Part shown: positions 1 through 10,281 of the stretch, one piece after another
Position numbering within the stretch: position 1 is the stretch's first letter
Layout: each line of letters starts with the position of its first letter
NCBI GenBank assembly: GCA_963806535.1
Contig: CAWDYC010000010.1
Location: forward strand, 32,001-96,000
Direction of reading: 5' to 3'
Length of the DNA: 64,000 nucleotides
From: Candidatus Bathyarchaeota archaeon
GTDB taxonomy: Archaea; Thermoproteota; Bathyarchaeia; Bathyarchaeales; Bathycorpusculaceae
Notes under the pieces: generated by a model
Seen by the model: the letters and a program-made list of their open reading frames with translations, nothing else
What the model was told of the DNA's origin: nothing
Database searches by the model: none
Made by a program: the position numbers and the translations under genes

Positions 1-18
1 GGAATAACTGCAAGCAGC

Positions 19-240
19 ATGATCGAGTTCAACGAAAAACTCCAAACAATACCAATTGAGTCTGTCACGTTTCATTTTCAACGCCAAGATTTTCAAAGAT
101 GGTTCAAAAACACTATCGGCGATGAAGAAATAGCCAAGAAAATTGACCAGATTAATGTGTGGGTCCACGACGATGAAAATTTGAGAAAAGAGCTATCCGA
201 AACGGTTCAAAATCGAATTGCCGAATTAATGAAATCTTAA
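19..240 (+). CDS. DUF5752-like protein (probably 5'-truncated by window edge)
   Basis: Motif ESVTFHFQRQDFQRWFKNTIGDEEIA; paralog of 9023..9397. Confidence 0.65.
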   Translation: MIEFNEKLQTIPIESVTFHFQRQDFQRWFKNTIGDEEIAKKIDQINVWVHDDENLRKELSETVQNRIAELMKS

Positions 241-285
241 CAAGCAGTTTTACCAGTCTATCTCCGTTATTGCGAGATGAGTTAG

Positions 286-531
286 TTGACAATCGTTCAA
301 GCCAACGAATGGGATTCAGAGCCTAGAACAGAACCAACTCCCAGAACCGAGCCCGAAGCCCGAACCGAACCAGCCCCCAGGACAGAAATAGCTGCGAGAA
401 CGGAACCAGAAAACAATTGCATACAGTCAATTAAGTGCCCTTCTTGCGGTTATCATATGATATGTTCTAAAGGAACTGGGAAGCAAAGTATCAATTGCAC
501 AAAATGTGGAAACGAAATCCAAATAGAATAG
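286..531 (+). CDS. small protein with five RTEPxx repeats and a C-terminal zinc ribbon
   Basis: RTEPTP-RTEPEA-RTEPAP-RTEIAA-RTEPEN then CPSC...CTKC. Confidence 0.55.
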   Translation: MTIVQANEWDSEPRTEPTPRTEPEARTEPAPRTEIAARTEPENNCIQSIKCPSCGYHMICSKGTGKQSINCTKCGNEIQIE

Positions 532-661
532 AGCTGGCTGTAAACTATGATTACCAGTAACCAAATATTTTACTTGCTAACTACTTACTCCAAGTAAGAA
601 ATTATTTATTGTATTATAAATTTGTAAATTCAAGATTATCTATTAAAGAAGGATACCACAA

Positions 662-3256
662 ATGAACTTGAACAATTTCACAATTAAATCGCAAGAAGTC
701 ATTCAGAAAGCCACCGAAATTGCTATGGCAAAACAGAACCAATCAATTGAACCCTCACATTTATTGAAGGGAATATTGATGGTTGATGAAAATGTTGTTC
801 CCTATTTATTGAGGAAATTAAATGTAAACTTTGATGTTTTTTCAAAGGAACTTGATAAAATAATTGATTTCTTACCTCAAGTTAGCGGAGGAGGAGAACA
901 ATATCTTTCACCTAATTCTAATCGTGTCCTTCAGAAGGCGGAGGAAATAGCTTCAGAATTCAAGGATGAATTCATTTCTATCGAACATTTATTGTTAGGA
1001 ATTTTAACGGTAAATGATTCTGCTTCAAGATTGCTCCAGAGTAACGGAGTCACAGACAAGGATTTGAGGGCAGCAATCAAGCAATTGCGGAAAGGATCCA
1101 CCGTTAATTCTCAAACTGCAGAAGAGACCTATAATGCATTAAATAAATATGCATTGAACCTAAACGACATGGCTAGAAAGGGAAAACTTGATCCTGTCAT
1201 TGGGCGAGACGAGGAAATCCATAGAGTCCTTCAGATACTATCTCGAAGAACAAAAAACAATCCAATTTTAATCGGAGAGCCAGGTGTTGGCAAAACCGCA
1301 ATTGCAGAGGGCCTTGCTCACCGTATAATCGACGGAGATGTACCAGAGAATCTGAAATCAAAGCAAATATATTCATTAGATATGAGCGCGCTTATCGCAG
1401 GCGCAAAATTCAAAGGCGAATTTGAAGAGAGATTGAAAAGCGTTGTCAAGGAAGTTGTTTCAGCTGAAGGCGAAATAGTTCTATTCATTGACGAGATCCA
1501 CACACTCGTAGGAGCTGGTGGGGGTGAAGGCGCAATGGACGCAGCCAACATTCTAAAACCCGCATTAGCCAAGGGCGAACTACGTGCAATCGGCGCCACT
1601 ACACTAAATGAATATCAAAAGTATTTTGAAAAAGACAAAGCTCTAGAACGACGATTCCAAAAAGTTATGGTGAATGAACCAGACACGTTGGACGCCATTT
1701 CTATTCTTCGCGGTCTTAAGGAGCGTTATGAAACATATCATCACGTCAGAATAAAGGATGAAGCTATAATTGCTGCTGTTGAGCTTTCACAGAAGTATAT
1801 TTCTGACCGGTTTCTTCCGGATAAAGCAATCGATTTGATTGATGAGGCAGCATCGAAACTTCGACTTGAAATTGATTCTGCTCCTGAAGAACTTGAGAAA
1901 ATAGATCGGAAGATTCGACAATTAGAGATTGAACGTGAAGCAATTAAACGAGAGAAAGATGAAGTGAAACTTAAATCTCTAAATGAAGAGATCGCTAACC
2001 TTAGCGAAAAACGCGATCAGCTTCGAGCTAAGTGGCAGTCTGAAAAAGAAATAGTTGACAAGATTCAGATAAAAAAGAATGAAATTGAAAAACTTAAATT
2101 TGAAGATGAAAAAGCAAACCGCATTGGTGATCTTGGAAAAATCGCTGAAATTCGCTACGGCAAAATTCCGGAAGCAGAAACAACAATTAAGGGTCTGGAG
2201 AAAAAACTGTCAGAATTGCAGAAAGATTCACCCATGGTAAATGAAGAAGTTGACGCAGAAGAGATTGCCGATGTAGTTTCTCGCTGGACAGGTATCCCAG
2301 TTAGCAAAATGCTCCAGAGTGAAAAACAGAAATTGCTTAACATAGAAACAGAACTTCATATGCGGGTTGTGGGACAAGAAGAAGCAATCAGTGCAGTAGC
2401 GGATGCTATTAGGAGAAACCGCGCAGGTTTGCAGGATCCAAAACGCCCAATCGGCTCATTTATTTTCTTGGGAACAACGGGGGTTGGAAAAACCGAATTA
2501 GCAAAGGCTTTGGCTGAATTGTTATTCAATAACGAAAATAGCATGGTTAGAATTGATATGTCTGAATATCAAGAACGCCATACTGTTTCAAGACTCATCG
2601 GCGCACCTCCTGGATACGTAGGTTATGAGGAAAGTGGGCAACTAACCGAAGCTATAAGAAGAAAACCATATTCAGTTGTGCTTCTCGACGAGATTGAAAA
2701 GGCACATCCGGATGTTTTCAATATATTACTTCAAGTGCTTGACGATGGTAGATTGACTGACAACAAGGGTCGAACAGTGGATTTCAAAAATACTATAATT
2801 ATAATGACCTCAAACCTCGGATCTCACATAATACAGGAAAACCTGGAAAGAATAGATGAACATAACCGTGAAGAAATCTTAAATCAAACACGAAAACAGG
2901 TTTTCGATCTGCTGAAAAAAAGTATTAAGCCAGAATTCTTGAACCGTATCGATGAGATAATCATGTTTCAATCTCTCACGCAGGAAGAAGTGCGCGAAAT
3001 AGTAGAACTTCAATTAAAAAACGTCCAGAAGACGCTTGAAAAGAACTGCATCAAACTTACAATCACCAAAAAAGCAGTGGATTTCATTGCCCTTATCGGT
3101 TATGACCCCCAGTTCGGAGCAAGACCAATAAAACGTGTCATTCAAAAAAACATATTGAACGATTTGTCAAAAATGATCCTAGAAGAAAAAGTCGACAAAG
3201 ACTCAGTAATCGTGGTTGATGTGAAAAACGGTAAATTTGTATTTACAAATAAATAA
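662..3256 (+). CDS. clpB: ATP-dependent chaperone ClpB
   Basis: Clp N-domain, Walker A GEPGVGKT and GTTGVGKT, coiled-coil middle domain, RIDMSEY, GAPPGYVGY; 864 aa. Confidence 0.97.
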   Translation: MNLNNFTIKSQEVIQKATEIAMAKQNQSIEPSHLLKGILMVDENVVPYLLRKLNVNFDVFSKELDKIIDFLPQVSGGGEQYLSPNSNRVLQKAEEIASEFKDEFISIEHLLLGILTVNDSASRLLQSNGVTDKDLRAAIKQLRKGSTVNSQTAEETYNALNKYALNLNDMARKGKLDPVIGRDEEIHRVLQILSRRTKNNPILIGEPGVGKTAIAEGLAHRIIDGDVPENLKSKQIYSLDMSALIAGAKFKGEFEERLKSVVKEVVSAEGEIVLFIDEIHTLVGAGGGEGAMDAANILKPALAKGELRAIGATTLNEYQKYFEKDKALERRFQKVMVNEPDTLDAISILRGLKERYETYHHVRIKDEAIIAAVELSQKYISDRFLPDKAIDLIDEAASKLRLEIDSAPEELEKIDRKIRQLEIEREAIKREKDEVKLKSLNEEIANLSEKRDQLRAKWQSEKEIVDKIQIKKNEIEKLKFEDEKANRIGDLGKIAEIRYGKIPEAETTIKGLEKKLSELQKDSPMVNEEVDAEEIADVVSRWTGIPVSKMLQSEKQKLLNIETELHMRVVGQEEAISAVADAIRRNRAGLQDPKRPIGSFIFLGTTGVGKTELAKALAELLFNNENSMVRIDMSEYQERHTVSRLIGAPPGYVGYEESGQLTEAIRRKPYSVVLLDEIEKAHPDVFNILLQVLDDGRLTDNKGRTVDFKNTIIIMTSNLGSHIIQENLERIDEHNREEILNQTRKQVFDLLKKSIKPEFLNRIDEIIMFQSLTQEEVREIVELQLKNVQKTLEKNCIKLTITKKAVDFIALIGYDPQFGARPIKRVIQKNILNDLSKMILEEKVDKDSVIVVDVKNGKFVFTNK

Positions 3257-3290
3257 TAAATATCAACCGCTAAGTTGCTAGAATGTTCTC

Positions 3291-3340
3291 GCAAGTAAAG
3301 GTTCTGGTTTAAAAAAGCAACATAAAACACAAAGAAAACC
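3291..3340 (+). repeat. partial copy (right half) of the dispersed 60-bp core repeat
   Basis: AAAAAAGCAACATAAAACACAAAGAAAACC matches core positions 31-60. Confidence 0.6.
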
Positions 3341-3387
3341 TCTTCCAAAAAATCCATCAATAACCTTCGAGACACAATAGACCACCT

Positions 3388-3497
3388 TATATCTTCCTTT
3401 TTCTTCCAGATTTTTCCATTTTCCTACATTTAAAGACGCAACCTGCAAACAAACCAAAGCCTAAATCAGAAAAGCAACCCAAAACACAAAGACCAAA
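3388..3497 (+). repeat. dispersed repeat copy B: five 10-bp units + 60-bp core
   Basis: TATATCTTCC|TTTTTCTTCC|AGATTTTTCC|ATTTTCCTAC|ATTTAAAGAC then core GCAACCTGCAAACAAACC...AAAACACAAAGACCAAA at 3438-3497. Confidence 0.85.
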
Positions 3498-3586
3498 ATT
3501 TGTTGACAAAAAATTCAAAACTAAAAAATCTATAATAAGATAAAAAACTGCCTTTATATTTTTATCAAGCTAATTATATTGAGCAT

Positions 3587-4805
3587 ATGCTTAAGTTAAC
3601 AAAACGAACTTTACCTCTCTTGTTCTTGCTCTTAACTTCTCTGATAACAACTAACTTGATGCTGGTTAATGCTGAATTTACAACAGATCAATCTGGAATG
3701 ATTAAAGGTGTATTAGCTCATGAGATGACCTCTCAAGAAGCTCAAACTTTGGCAAAGTCCAATATCACTTGGGTCAGTTGCGATGTAACATTTGATCGCT
3801 CCGACTCCAGTAATTGGTATCATGATTTACTCTTTAGCAAAGCAATACAATCTAAATTTATTGGGGATTCTTGATTGGCATCTTATGAATTATAGTCAAA
3901 CCTTTCAACTAAACGATTGGGATAACGCTGTGAATCAAGCAGTAAGCGAGTTTGGCGATGTAGTTAAAACTTGGGAGATATGGAATGAACCAAATTTTGC
4001 CTGGAATTCCTTTGGGTACTATAATGGAACTGCACAGCAATATGTAGCTCTTATGCAAACTGCTTATGACAACATAAAAGCCGCTGCCCCTAATGATGTC
4101 GTAATAGGATTAGGCGGGGTACCGTTATTCACGGGCTCAGAACCCACTATGGCTAACACATATGCCCAACAAGCCTATGCCTGGACGCAAAATGTGGTAC
4201 AATTAGGCGGAATGAAATATTGTGACGCTATAGCTGTACATGCCTATCCTTATGGAGAATATAATCAAATCAGCCAGCTCGCATGGCAATATTTTCTTCA
4301 AAATTACCAACAATTATGTCAAGAAAAACCCATCTGGGTTACAGAAGTAGGACAAGAATCCTACAGCACTAACTACACGGCTTCAGAAACTCTGCAATCT
4401 GCTTTCTTAACTCAAAGCTACACGCTGCTTCAAAGTTTAGGTGTTAAAGCATACATATGGTACGAACTTAACGATAATTACACAAACAGACCAAACTCTA
4501 ACTTTGGTCTCTTTGATAACGGCGGAAATCCAAAAGACTCGTTAAGCGCATTTGCGAATTCAACTTCTCCAAATTCACCCCCAACCCCTGAGGCTTCATC
4601 CACTTCTTCACCCGTCATAACCCCCACACCAACTGTTGCCTTGACCCCATCGACCACCGATACTCCAACGCCAACCGCCCCAGAATTTTCATTTGGGCTA
4701 GTTCTTGTTTTAATTATCGCGATATCCTTTTGCACCACTCTAATTAAAAAATGGACACAAGCAATCATAATAAAAAAACCGTTCTGCAGAAAAATCCATC
4801 AATAA
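3587..4805 (+). CDS. secreted clan GH-A glycoside hydrolase (GH5/GH39-like) with Pro/Thr linker and PEF-CTERM-like tail; frameshift near 3825
   Basis: Signal peptide in 3587..3874; WEIWNEPN, DAIAVHAY and KPIWVTEVG motifs; TPTPTAPEF + TM + basic tail. Confidence 0.8.
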
Positions 4806-4810
4806 TTTGT

Positions 4811-4938
4811 TCTTTGTGACGTTCTATGACTTTTGGTGACGCGTAGTGACGTTTAGTGACGTTCTATGACGTTTAGAGACGGATAGTGACGCATCCTAAA
4901 GACAAAGCAAGCTCAAAACCAAAAAAGCAACCCAAAAT
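4811..4938 (+). repeat. dispersed repeat copy C: eight 10-bp units ending in GAC + core
   Basis: TCTTTGTGAC GTTCTATGAC TTTTGGTGAC GCGTAGTGAC GTTTAGTGAC GTTCTATGAC GTTTAGAGAC GGATAGTGAC then GCATCCTAAAGACAAAGCAA...AAAAAAGCAACCCAAAA. Confidence 0.9.
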
Positions 4939-4951
4939 CTCAGCTATTTAT

Positions 4952-7210
4952 TCACGATTTATTTACTTTGAAAACAGCGGCTTGGTCATTCTTGAAGACA
5001 AGAGTAAACATTGGGTCGTCTGAGAACCGTGGAATCTGTTTTAAGTCTCGAATAGCGATGTATGATATTTTCCAGTCTTTTATTGCGGTTTGATAGTCAA
5101 AGTAGTTAAGCGGCTGGTTTGAGGTCTTGTCGAGATATTTTTTCGAGTTATTATCTATTAAATTGTTCCAATTCGTTTGATTGATATCCGCTTGGACGTT
5201 AAATTGGCAGAGCCCTACAAAAAAGCTAATCGTTGAGGTGGCGTTTCCTTGTAGATTGTAGCTAAGTTGGTACGAATTGGAGTTTTGCTCCATGATTACG
5301 TTGTTGCCGAGTTCTCCTGAAGGGAAAACTATTTGGTTTACTTCATGTAACACATTATCGATTATGCCGATGCTGTTGCCTGATTGGTCGGGGAAACCTC
5401 GTGCTTGAAAGGGCAGTTGTAGCCAATCAAAATTGACGGAGCTGTCATTGCTTTGGAAGGCAAACGAAATCTGCGCAAAACCAACTCCTTTGTAAACAGT
5501 TATTTGTTCAGTGATTTTGAGCAAGTTGTTTTCTCTTGTCACGATAAAGGATGCGTTGTTTACGTTGCTTTCCACCATGGTGCTTGTTTGAGTGAATCCC
5601 GCTACGCTAAGCTGTTGCGGTAAGCCATTCTCTCGATATAACAGGCTGATTTGGGTGTCATTTAATATGAAAACAGGTGGATGAACGTATGAACTGTTTA
5701 GATCCGCCAAAACTTCATGTGTATTATCTTTAGAGTAAGCCCCTGCCTGTTGAACCTCAATTAGCCCATTGTCCACTATATAGTCGGCAGTCAACAGGTT
5801 TGTTGCCACAGTCGCTGGTCCAACCTCATGCTGCAAAATCAAATACTGAGGGTCAACCGCGCTTAATGTTGGTCTTTGAGCAAATCCAGAAAGCCACCAA
5901 CCGAACTCCGCGTCCGCCACACAGATTGAGCCGACAGAAGTATTGGCTTTAACCCATTGTATTGCTTTATATTCTGAAGGATTCATAACTTGGAAATAAT
6001 TCGCTTGTGCAACACCAGTGTTTGGTAATGAGAAAAGAGGCGTGAACAGCACCAAAACCACGAGTGTTGCTATTAAGAACGTCGTTGCAGCTTTTTTTGA
6101 CACCTTGCTGGCCGGTTTGAAGTTGATTTTAAGCTTGGTAGCTTTTTGAAGAACTTGTACTGCCCAGGAAAGAGCGTTTGGTAAACTTGTAATTACTAGC
6201 GAGAGACAGATAAAGGCGGGAAGCGCCAGGAAATAGAGAAACCGTTCATAATCCAAGTAGACGCCAAACAAGTAGCTTTGAGTTCCTAACGCGGGAACAA
6301 GTAGCCATGATGTAAACAGAATAGCTGGGACTGAAAGGAATTTTGCCTTTTTATACTTTGAAAAAACAAAGAACAGAAAAACTGGAACTAAGCTTAAACA
6401 GATGATTTCAAGAGGCGCAAGTCTGGTTTGAAGAACTGCTTGGCTGGTTTTTGCAGCTGCATCAATTATTGTGCCTTGTGAACCAAAATAAATTGGAAAC
6501 ACATTGATTAGATAGGGAGAAACCAGCAAAAACCCGACGCAAATTGGCATCAGCCAAAAGAAAGCTTGGTTTTTTGATAGCCCCGTTTGTTTTGAAAACA
6601 CTCCGCAAATAAAGAGGGTCAACAATGTTATTCCAACGAAAATCAACCCACTAAAAACATGGGTTAAGAAAAGAGCGCTAACTAGAATGGACGCGACAGC
6701 AACATAACTTTTAGATGAAAGCTTTGATGGCTGCAGAAACAAGCAAAAAACAACCGAAATCAGCGTCAAGGCAACTATGTTTGGGTATCCAGCCCAGCCT
6801 AACATAATGATGTCACCGGCTGAGAAAGTAGCAAAAACAGCAACAACAAAGCCTGCTAACTCACTCCATACTTGTCTTACAATCAGGAAAGAGCACAAAA
6901 CCAAAAAAGCTGAAAAGAACGAAGCCACCAAAGCCTGTGCTAAATAGTCAGGTAATTCAGTCATACTTATCATGAATGCTGCGAAAATGTGGTACCCGGG
7001 ATTCGTCGCAGATAAACCGCCACCCATCTGGTAATAATTCCAGAAGAAGCTTGGCTTTGCCGACGTGATGGATGCTATAACGCTTTGATGTAATCCGATG
7101 TCTGCACCTGGCGGGTAAGTGTTCATGGTAACTAGGAAAAATCGGTAAACAAAAGCTATGGCAAGAATGATGAATAAAAAAAGGTTCTTTCTGCTTTTCT
7201 CAACCATCAA
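4952..7210 (-). CDS. multi-pass membrane protein, GT-C-fold glycosyltransferase-like, with extracellular C-terminal domain
   Basis: About 13 TM segments, early PGAD acidic motif, AIQWVKANT...ADAEFGWWL segment typical of STT3/PMT-like proteins. Confidence 0.65.
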   Translation of the reverse strand: MMVEKSRKNLFLFIILAIAFVYRFFLVTMNTYPPGADIGLHQSVIASITSAKPSFFWNYYQMGGGLSATNPGYHIFAAFMISMTELPDYLAQALVASFFSAFLVLCSFLIVRQVWSELAGFVVAVFATFSAGDIIMLGWAGYPNIVALTLISVVFCLFLQPSKLSSKSYVAVASILVSALFLTHVFSGLIFVGITLLTLFICGVFSKQTGLSKNQAFFWLMPICVGFLLVSPYLINVFPIYFGSQGTIIDAAAKTSQAVLQTRLAPLEIICLSLVPVFLFFVFSKYKKAKFLSVPAILFTSWLLVPALGTQSYLFGVYLDYERFLYFLALPAFICLSLVITSLPNALSWAVQVLQKATKLKINFKPASKVSKKAATTFLIATLVVLVLFTPLFSLPNTGVAQANYFQVMNPSEYKAIQWVKANTSVGSICVADAEFGWWLSGFAQRPTLSAVDPQYLILQHEVGPATVATNLLTADYIVDNGLIEVQQAGAYSKDNTHEVLADLNSSYVHPPVFILNDTQISLLYRENGLPQQLSVAGFTQTSTMVESNVNNASFIVTRENNLLKITEQITVYKGVGFAQISFAFQSNDSSVNFDWLQLPFQARGFPDQSGNSIGIIDNVLHEVNQIVFPSGELGNNVIMEQNSNSYQLSYNLQGNATSTISFFVGLCQFNVQADINQTNWNNLIDNNSKKYLDKTSNQPLNYFDYQTAIKDWKISYIAIRDLKQIPRFSDDPMFTLVFKNDQAAVFKVNKS

Positions 7211-7348
7211 TCCGCCGCCTAATATATATCAAGAGTAACGTTTGTCTCAATACTTGAGGGTAATTATTAACATTATCCAATATATGGCTAAATATTATTC
7301 GGATAATAAGTAAACAAGTTTTATATATCACTACTGCATCCATAGGAT

Positions 7349-8782
7349 ATGGTGTGTGTGGGTATCTTGAGACTTAACACTCGCAGTTTAAAAATTGTTA
7401 CATTAATAATATCTATATTTATAATCGGTTTAGTTTCTCCGTCGCTTGTATCAGCGCAATATTATTACCCAACATGTACTGTAACTACAACAGTTAATTA
7501 TCCTGGAGCTGGCACAATAACGCCCGGCTCCGACACCTATGGTTACGGCAACTATGTTGTGTTTTCCGAAACTACCAACCCTGGGTACTCATTCAACGGC
7601 TGGTATTTGAACGGGATTTACGAAGGCAAACTATCAAGCATGCCAGTAACAATGTACATGAATTATCAAGTCATAGCGGTTTACAGCGTTAGCGTAAATT
7701 ATCTAACACTTTCATCAAATGGTCCAGGAACCACCAACCCCGGAGGAGGCACCATAAGCTACGGTACTGGTACAACAGTTACAATTACAGAATCCCCGAA
7801 TTCGGGAGATACATTCAGCGGCTGGTACCTTGATGGAGCTTTCATGGGTACTTCAAACAGTCTTGTAGCAACTATGGACAAAGACCATCAAGTAGCTGCA
7901 TTCTTCGCAGGAAATAATAATACATCGCCCACACCAACCCCCACTTCTATGCCGGCGCCAACCCCCAATCCATATCTTATAATTCCCACTTTACAGTTTT
8001 ACTGTTCCAGTTTGACAACCAATTCTGCGTTTAACGTCGAAATTCAAGGAAATCTTGCTTACAATGGTTCAGGATTGGTTGATGCAGGCGTTTACCTTTC
8101 GTACAGTGTCACAAATGGAAATACTTGGCAAGACTTTGCCTACGTTCAAACAGGCTCTTACGGTAATTTCTCCGCTTATTGGATGCCTTCTGCTTCAGGT
8201 ATATATGTTCTTCGAGCGATCTATTTTGGCGATAGTGTGTACTCCGGAGTTTCTCAAAATGTGAACTTTGCTCTTACTCCTTCAGATAACCAAAACCAGA
8301 ATGTCTTCTCTGTAGAATCAAACTCAACAGTTACAAGTTTGTCATTTAACTCAGCCACTGATTCATTAAGTTTCAATGTTACTGGGACTTCAGGGACCAC
8401 AGGATACTCCCAAATATCTATTTCGAAAACTCTCCTACCTGATGTAACAAAGCTTCAAGTTTCGTTGGACAGCTCAACAATTTCTTATGCTTCATATTCG
8501 ACTGGGAACAATTGGCTAATAACTATCTATTACCATCACAGTAGCCACAACGTTGTGATGGCTCTTAACTCTCCAGTTTCCACTGTCAGTCCCTCCGTGA
8601 GTCCAACTTCCTCATCTACTCCCACTTCCACATCTAGTCAAACAGATTCCCCTGCTTCAAGTCCCACGCCAACTGCCACTTCTGCACCTATCCCAGAATT
8701 TCCTTTAATCCTTCTTCCAATAGTTCTGGTGATAGTTGGTTTTGCGATTAGTATCACCTTAAGAAAACGATCTTCAAAATAA
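7349..8782 (+). CDS. cell-surface protein with InlB B-repeat-like domains, S/T/P linker and PEF-CTERM-like tail
   Basis: PGYSFNGWY and GDTFSGWY repeats; IPEFPLILL + TM + RKR. Confidence 0.75.
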   Translation: MVCVGILRLNTRSLKIVTLIISIFIIGLVSPSLVSAQYYYPTCTVTTTVNYPGAGTITPGSDTYGYGNYVVFSETTNPGYSFNGWYLNGIYEGKLSSMPVTMYMNYQVIAVYSVSVNYLTLSSNGPGTTNPGGGTISYGTGTTVTITESPNSGDTFSGWYLDGAFMGTSNSLVATMDKDHQVAAFFAGNNNTSPTPTPTSMPAPTPNPYLIIPTLQFYCSSLTTNSAFNVEIQGNLAYNGSGLVDAGVYLSYSVTNGNTWQDFAYVQTGSYGNFSAYWMPSASGIYVLRAIYFGDSVYSGVSQNVNFALTPSDNQNQNVFSVESNSTVTSLSFNSATDSLSFNVTGTSGTTGYSQISISKTLLPDVTKLQVSLDSSTISYASYSTGNNWLITIYYHHSSHNVVMALNSPVSTVSPSVSPTSSSTPTSTSSQTDSPASSPTPTATSAPIPEFPLILLPIVLVIVGFAISITLRKRSSK

Positions 8783-8813
8783 AACGTTCCAAAGCCACAA
8801 TCTTTTTTTCTTC

Positions 8814-8928
8814 TTTTTTTGACGAATTTTAACGTTTCTAATTGTCTAATTTTGTCTAATAATGAACCTACCTGCAAAGATTTTAAGCCCTGAACAAAAA
8901 AGCAAACCAAAAACACAAAGAACAAAAA
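8814..8928 (+). repeat. dispersed repeat copy D
   Basis: Periodic GAC/AAC/GTC units then CCTACCTGCAAAGATTTTAAGCCCTGAACAAAAAAGCAAACCAAAAACACAAAGAAC; 8846-8915 equals the reverse complement of 18967-19036. Confidence 0.9.
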
Positions 8929-9022
8929 TGCCACAATAATTTGGGTCCACTGACACCAATGCAAACGATCAGTGCAATAAGAATTATACCAGACGAATTA
9001 CATTCTTTGTTGGGATTATTTA

Positions 9023-9397
9023 ATGTTGAAGTATGCAGATTCTAAAGAGCACTTTATTTCTGACCTAAAAATTGTGAAGATCTTAAGCAATGTGCCGCAT
9101 AGTAAAGGATTTTATTTTTACTTTGATTTTGATCACTACACTGGTGAGAGTGCCACAAACTTAACTACTTTTGCTGAAAAACTTGAAACGATAACTGCTG
9201 ATTCAATAAAGTTTCATTTTCAAAGAAATGATTATCAAAACTGGATTAAAACCACAGTTGGAGATGATGTTTTAGCTGGCCGGATTAATCAAATAAACCG
9301 ACAGCTTCCTGTGGAGGATTTGAGGAAAGAACTAGTTAAAACAGTTCAAACGCGTATTGATCACTTAAAACTCCTGCACGGCGAAATGATCCGCTAA
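9023..9397 (+). CDS. DUF5752-like protein
   Basis: KGFYFY...GESA...SIKFHFQRNDYQNWIKTTVGD. Confidence 0.75.
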   Translation: MLKYADSKEHFISDLKIVKILSNVPHSKGFYFYFDFDHYTGESATNLTTFAEKLETITADSIKFHFQRNDYQNWIKTTVGDDVLAGRINQINRQLPVEDLRKELVKTVQTRIDHLKLLHGEMIR

Positions 9398-9549
9398 CGA
9401 TAAGCATATTCATCATTCAAGTATTCCTTTCATTCATCATTTCAAAGATGCTGTCCACTTTTTTCAAATCAGAGAATGCCCAGAGACATCAGTAATATTA
9501 CTTAAATAATTTGAAGAGAATAAGCTAAAGGCTAAAAGAGTGATAAGTT

Positions 9550-10131
9550 GTGCCTGCGGAACATCTTTTTATTGTTAGGCATGGAGAAACTAAGGCTAAC
9601 GAAAAAGGCATAGAGGCTGGTCCTTTGGATTACCCCTTAATTAAGAAGGGCGTAAAAGGGGCTGAATTCATCGCCGAAAGTCTCTCGAAAATCAAAGTAA
9701 ATGCGGTTTATAGTAGTCCAATATTTCGTGCTTGTGAAACTGCGAGAATTCTTACGAAGCCACATAACTTGAAAATAAGAACACTTGAAGAACTGACTGA
9801 AGCTAAGCTTAAACCCGAAATCGTTGGCAAAGCAGGCAGGCATCACATTTTGACTGAGCCTGAAGCGTATTCAGAAACAAACAAGGAACTCTTAGATCGA
9901 ACCAAAAAAGCCATCGACCACATCAGGAAGCAAGTCAATGGTAACGCAATTGTTGTTTCTCATGGAGATGTGATTAATGCAATGCTTGAAGATGTGATTG
10001 AGAGAAGAGTAAGTGCTGAGAAATACTATGTTTTAGATACTGATCCCGCTGCGCTTAGTATTCTAAAAATTAGGGAGCGGCCTATTTTGATTCTGTATAA
10101 TTTTCATCGTAAGATGTTTGCAGAATTTTAA
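9550..10131 (+). CDS. histidine phosphatase (phosphoglycerate mutase-like) family protein
   Basis: VRHGET, YSSP..RA.ETA and VSHG motifs. Confidence 0.9.
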   Translation: MPAEHLFIVRHGETKANEKGIEAGPLDYPLIKKGVKGAEFIAESLSKIKVNAVYSSPIFRACETARILTKPHNLKIRTLEELTEAKLKPEIVGKAGRHHILTEPEAYSETNKELLDRTKKAIDHIRKQVNGNAIVVSHGDVINAMLEDVIERRVSAEKYYVLDTDPAALSILKIRERPILILYNFHRKMFAEF

Positions 10132-10133
10132 AT

Positions 10134-10223
10134 CTCGCTGGACGGAAAGAAACAGATAGGGCCGCAGCCTGCAAAGTCGTCAGTTTCTCTTTCAAAGAAG
10201 CAGTCTAAAACACAAAGAACCAC
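10134..10223 (+). repeat. dispersed repeat copy E
   Basis: Units ending GAC(10143), AAC(10153), GCC(10163); core GCAGCCTGCA...GAAGCAGTCTAAAACACAAAGAAC aligns ungapped. Confidence 0.7.
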
Positions 10224-10281
10224 TGTTGAAGCTTTGTGTTTGGCAGAACGGTTTTATACTTAAAATTTTATTGTTCCAGCT

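Noticed and set aside
4811-4890. 10-bp arrays as CRISPR arrays
   Set aside because: Units are far too short, there is no 25-45-nt repeat/spacer structure, and no cas genes are in the window.
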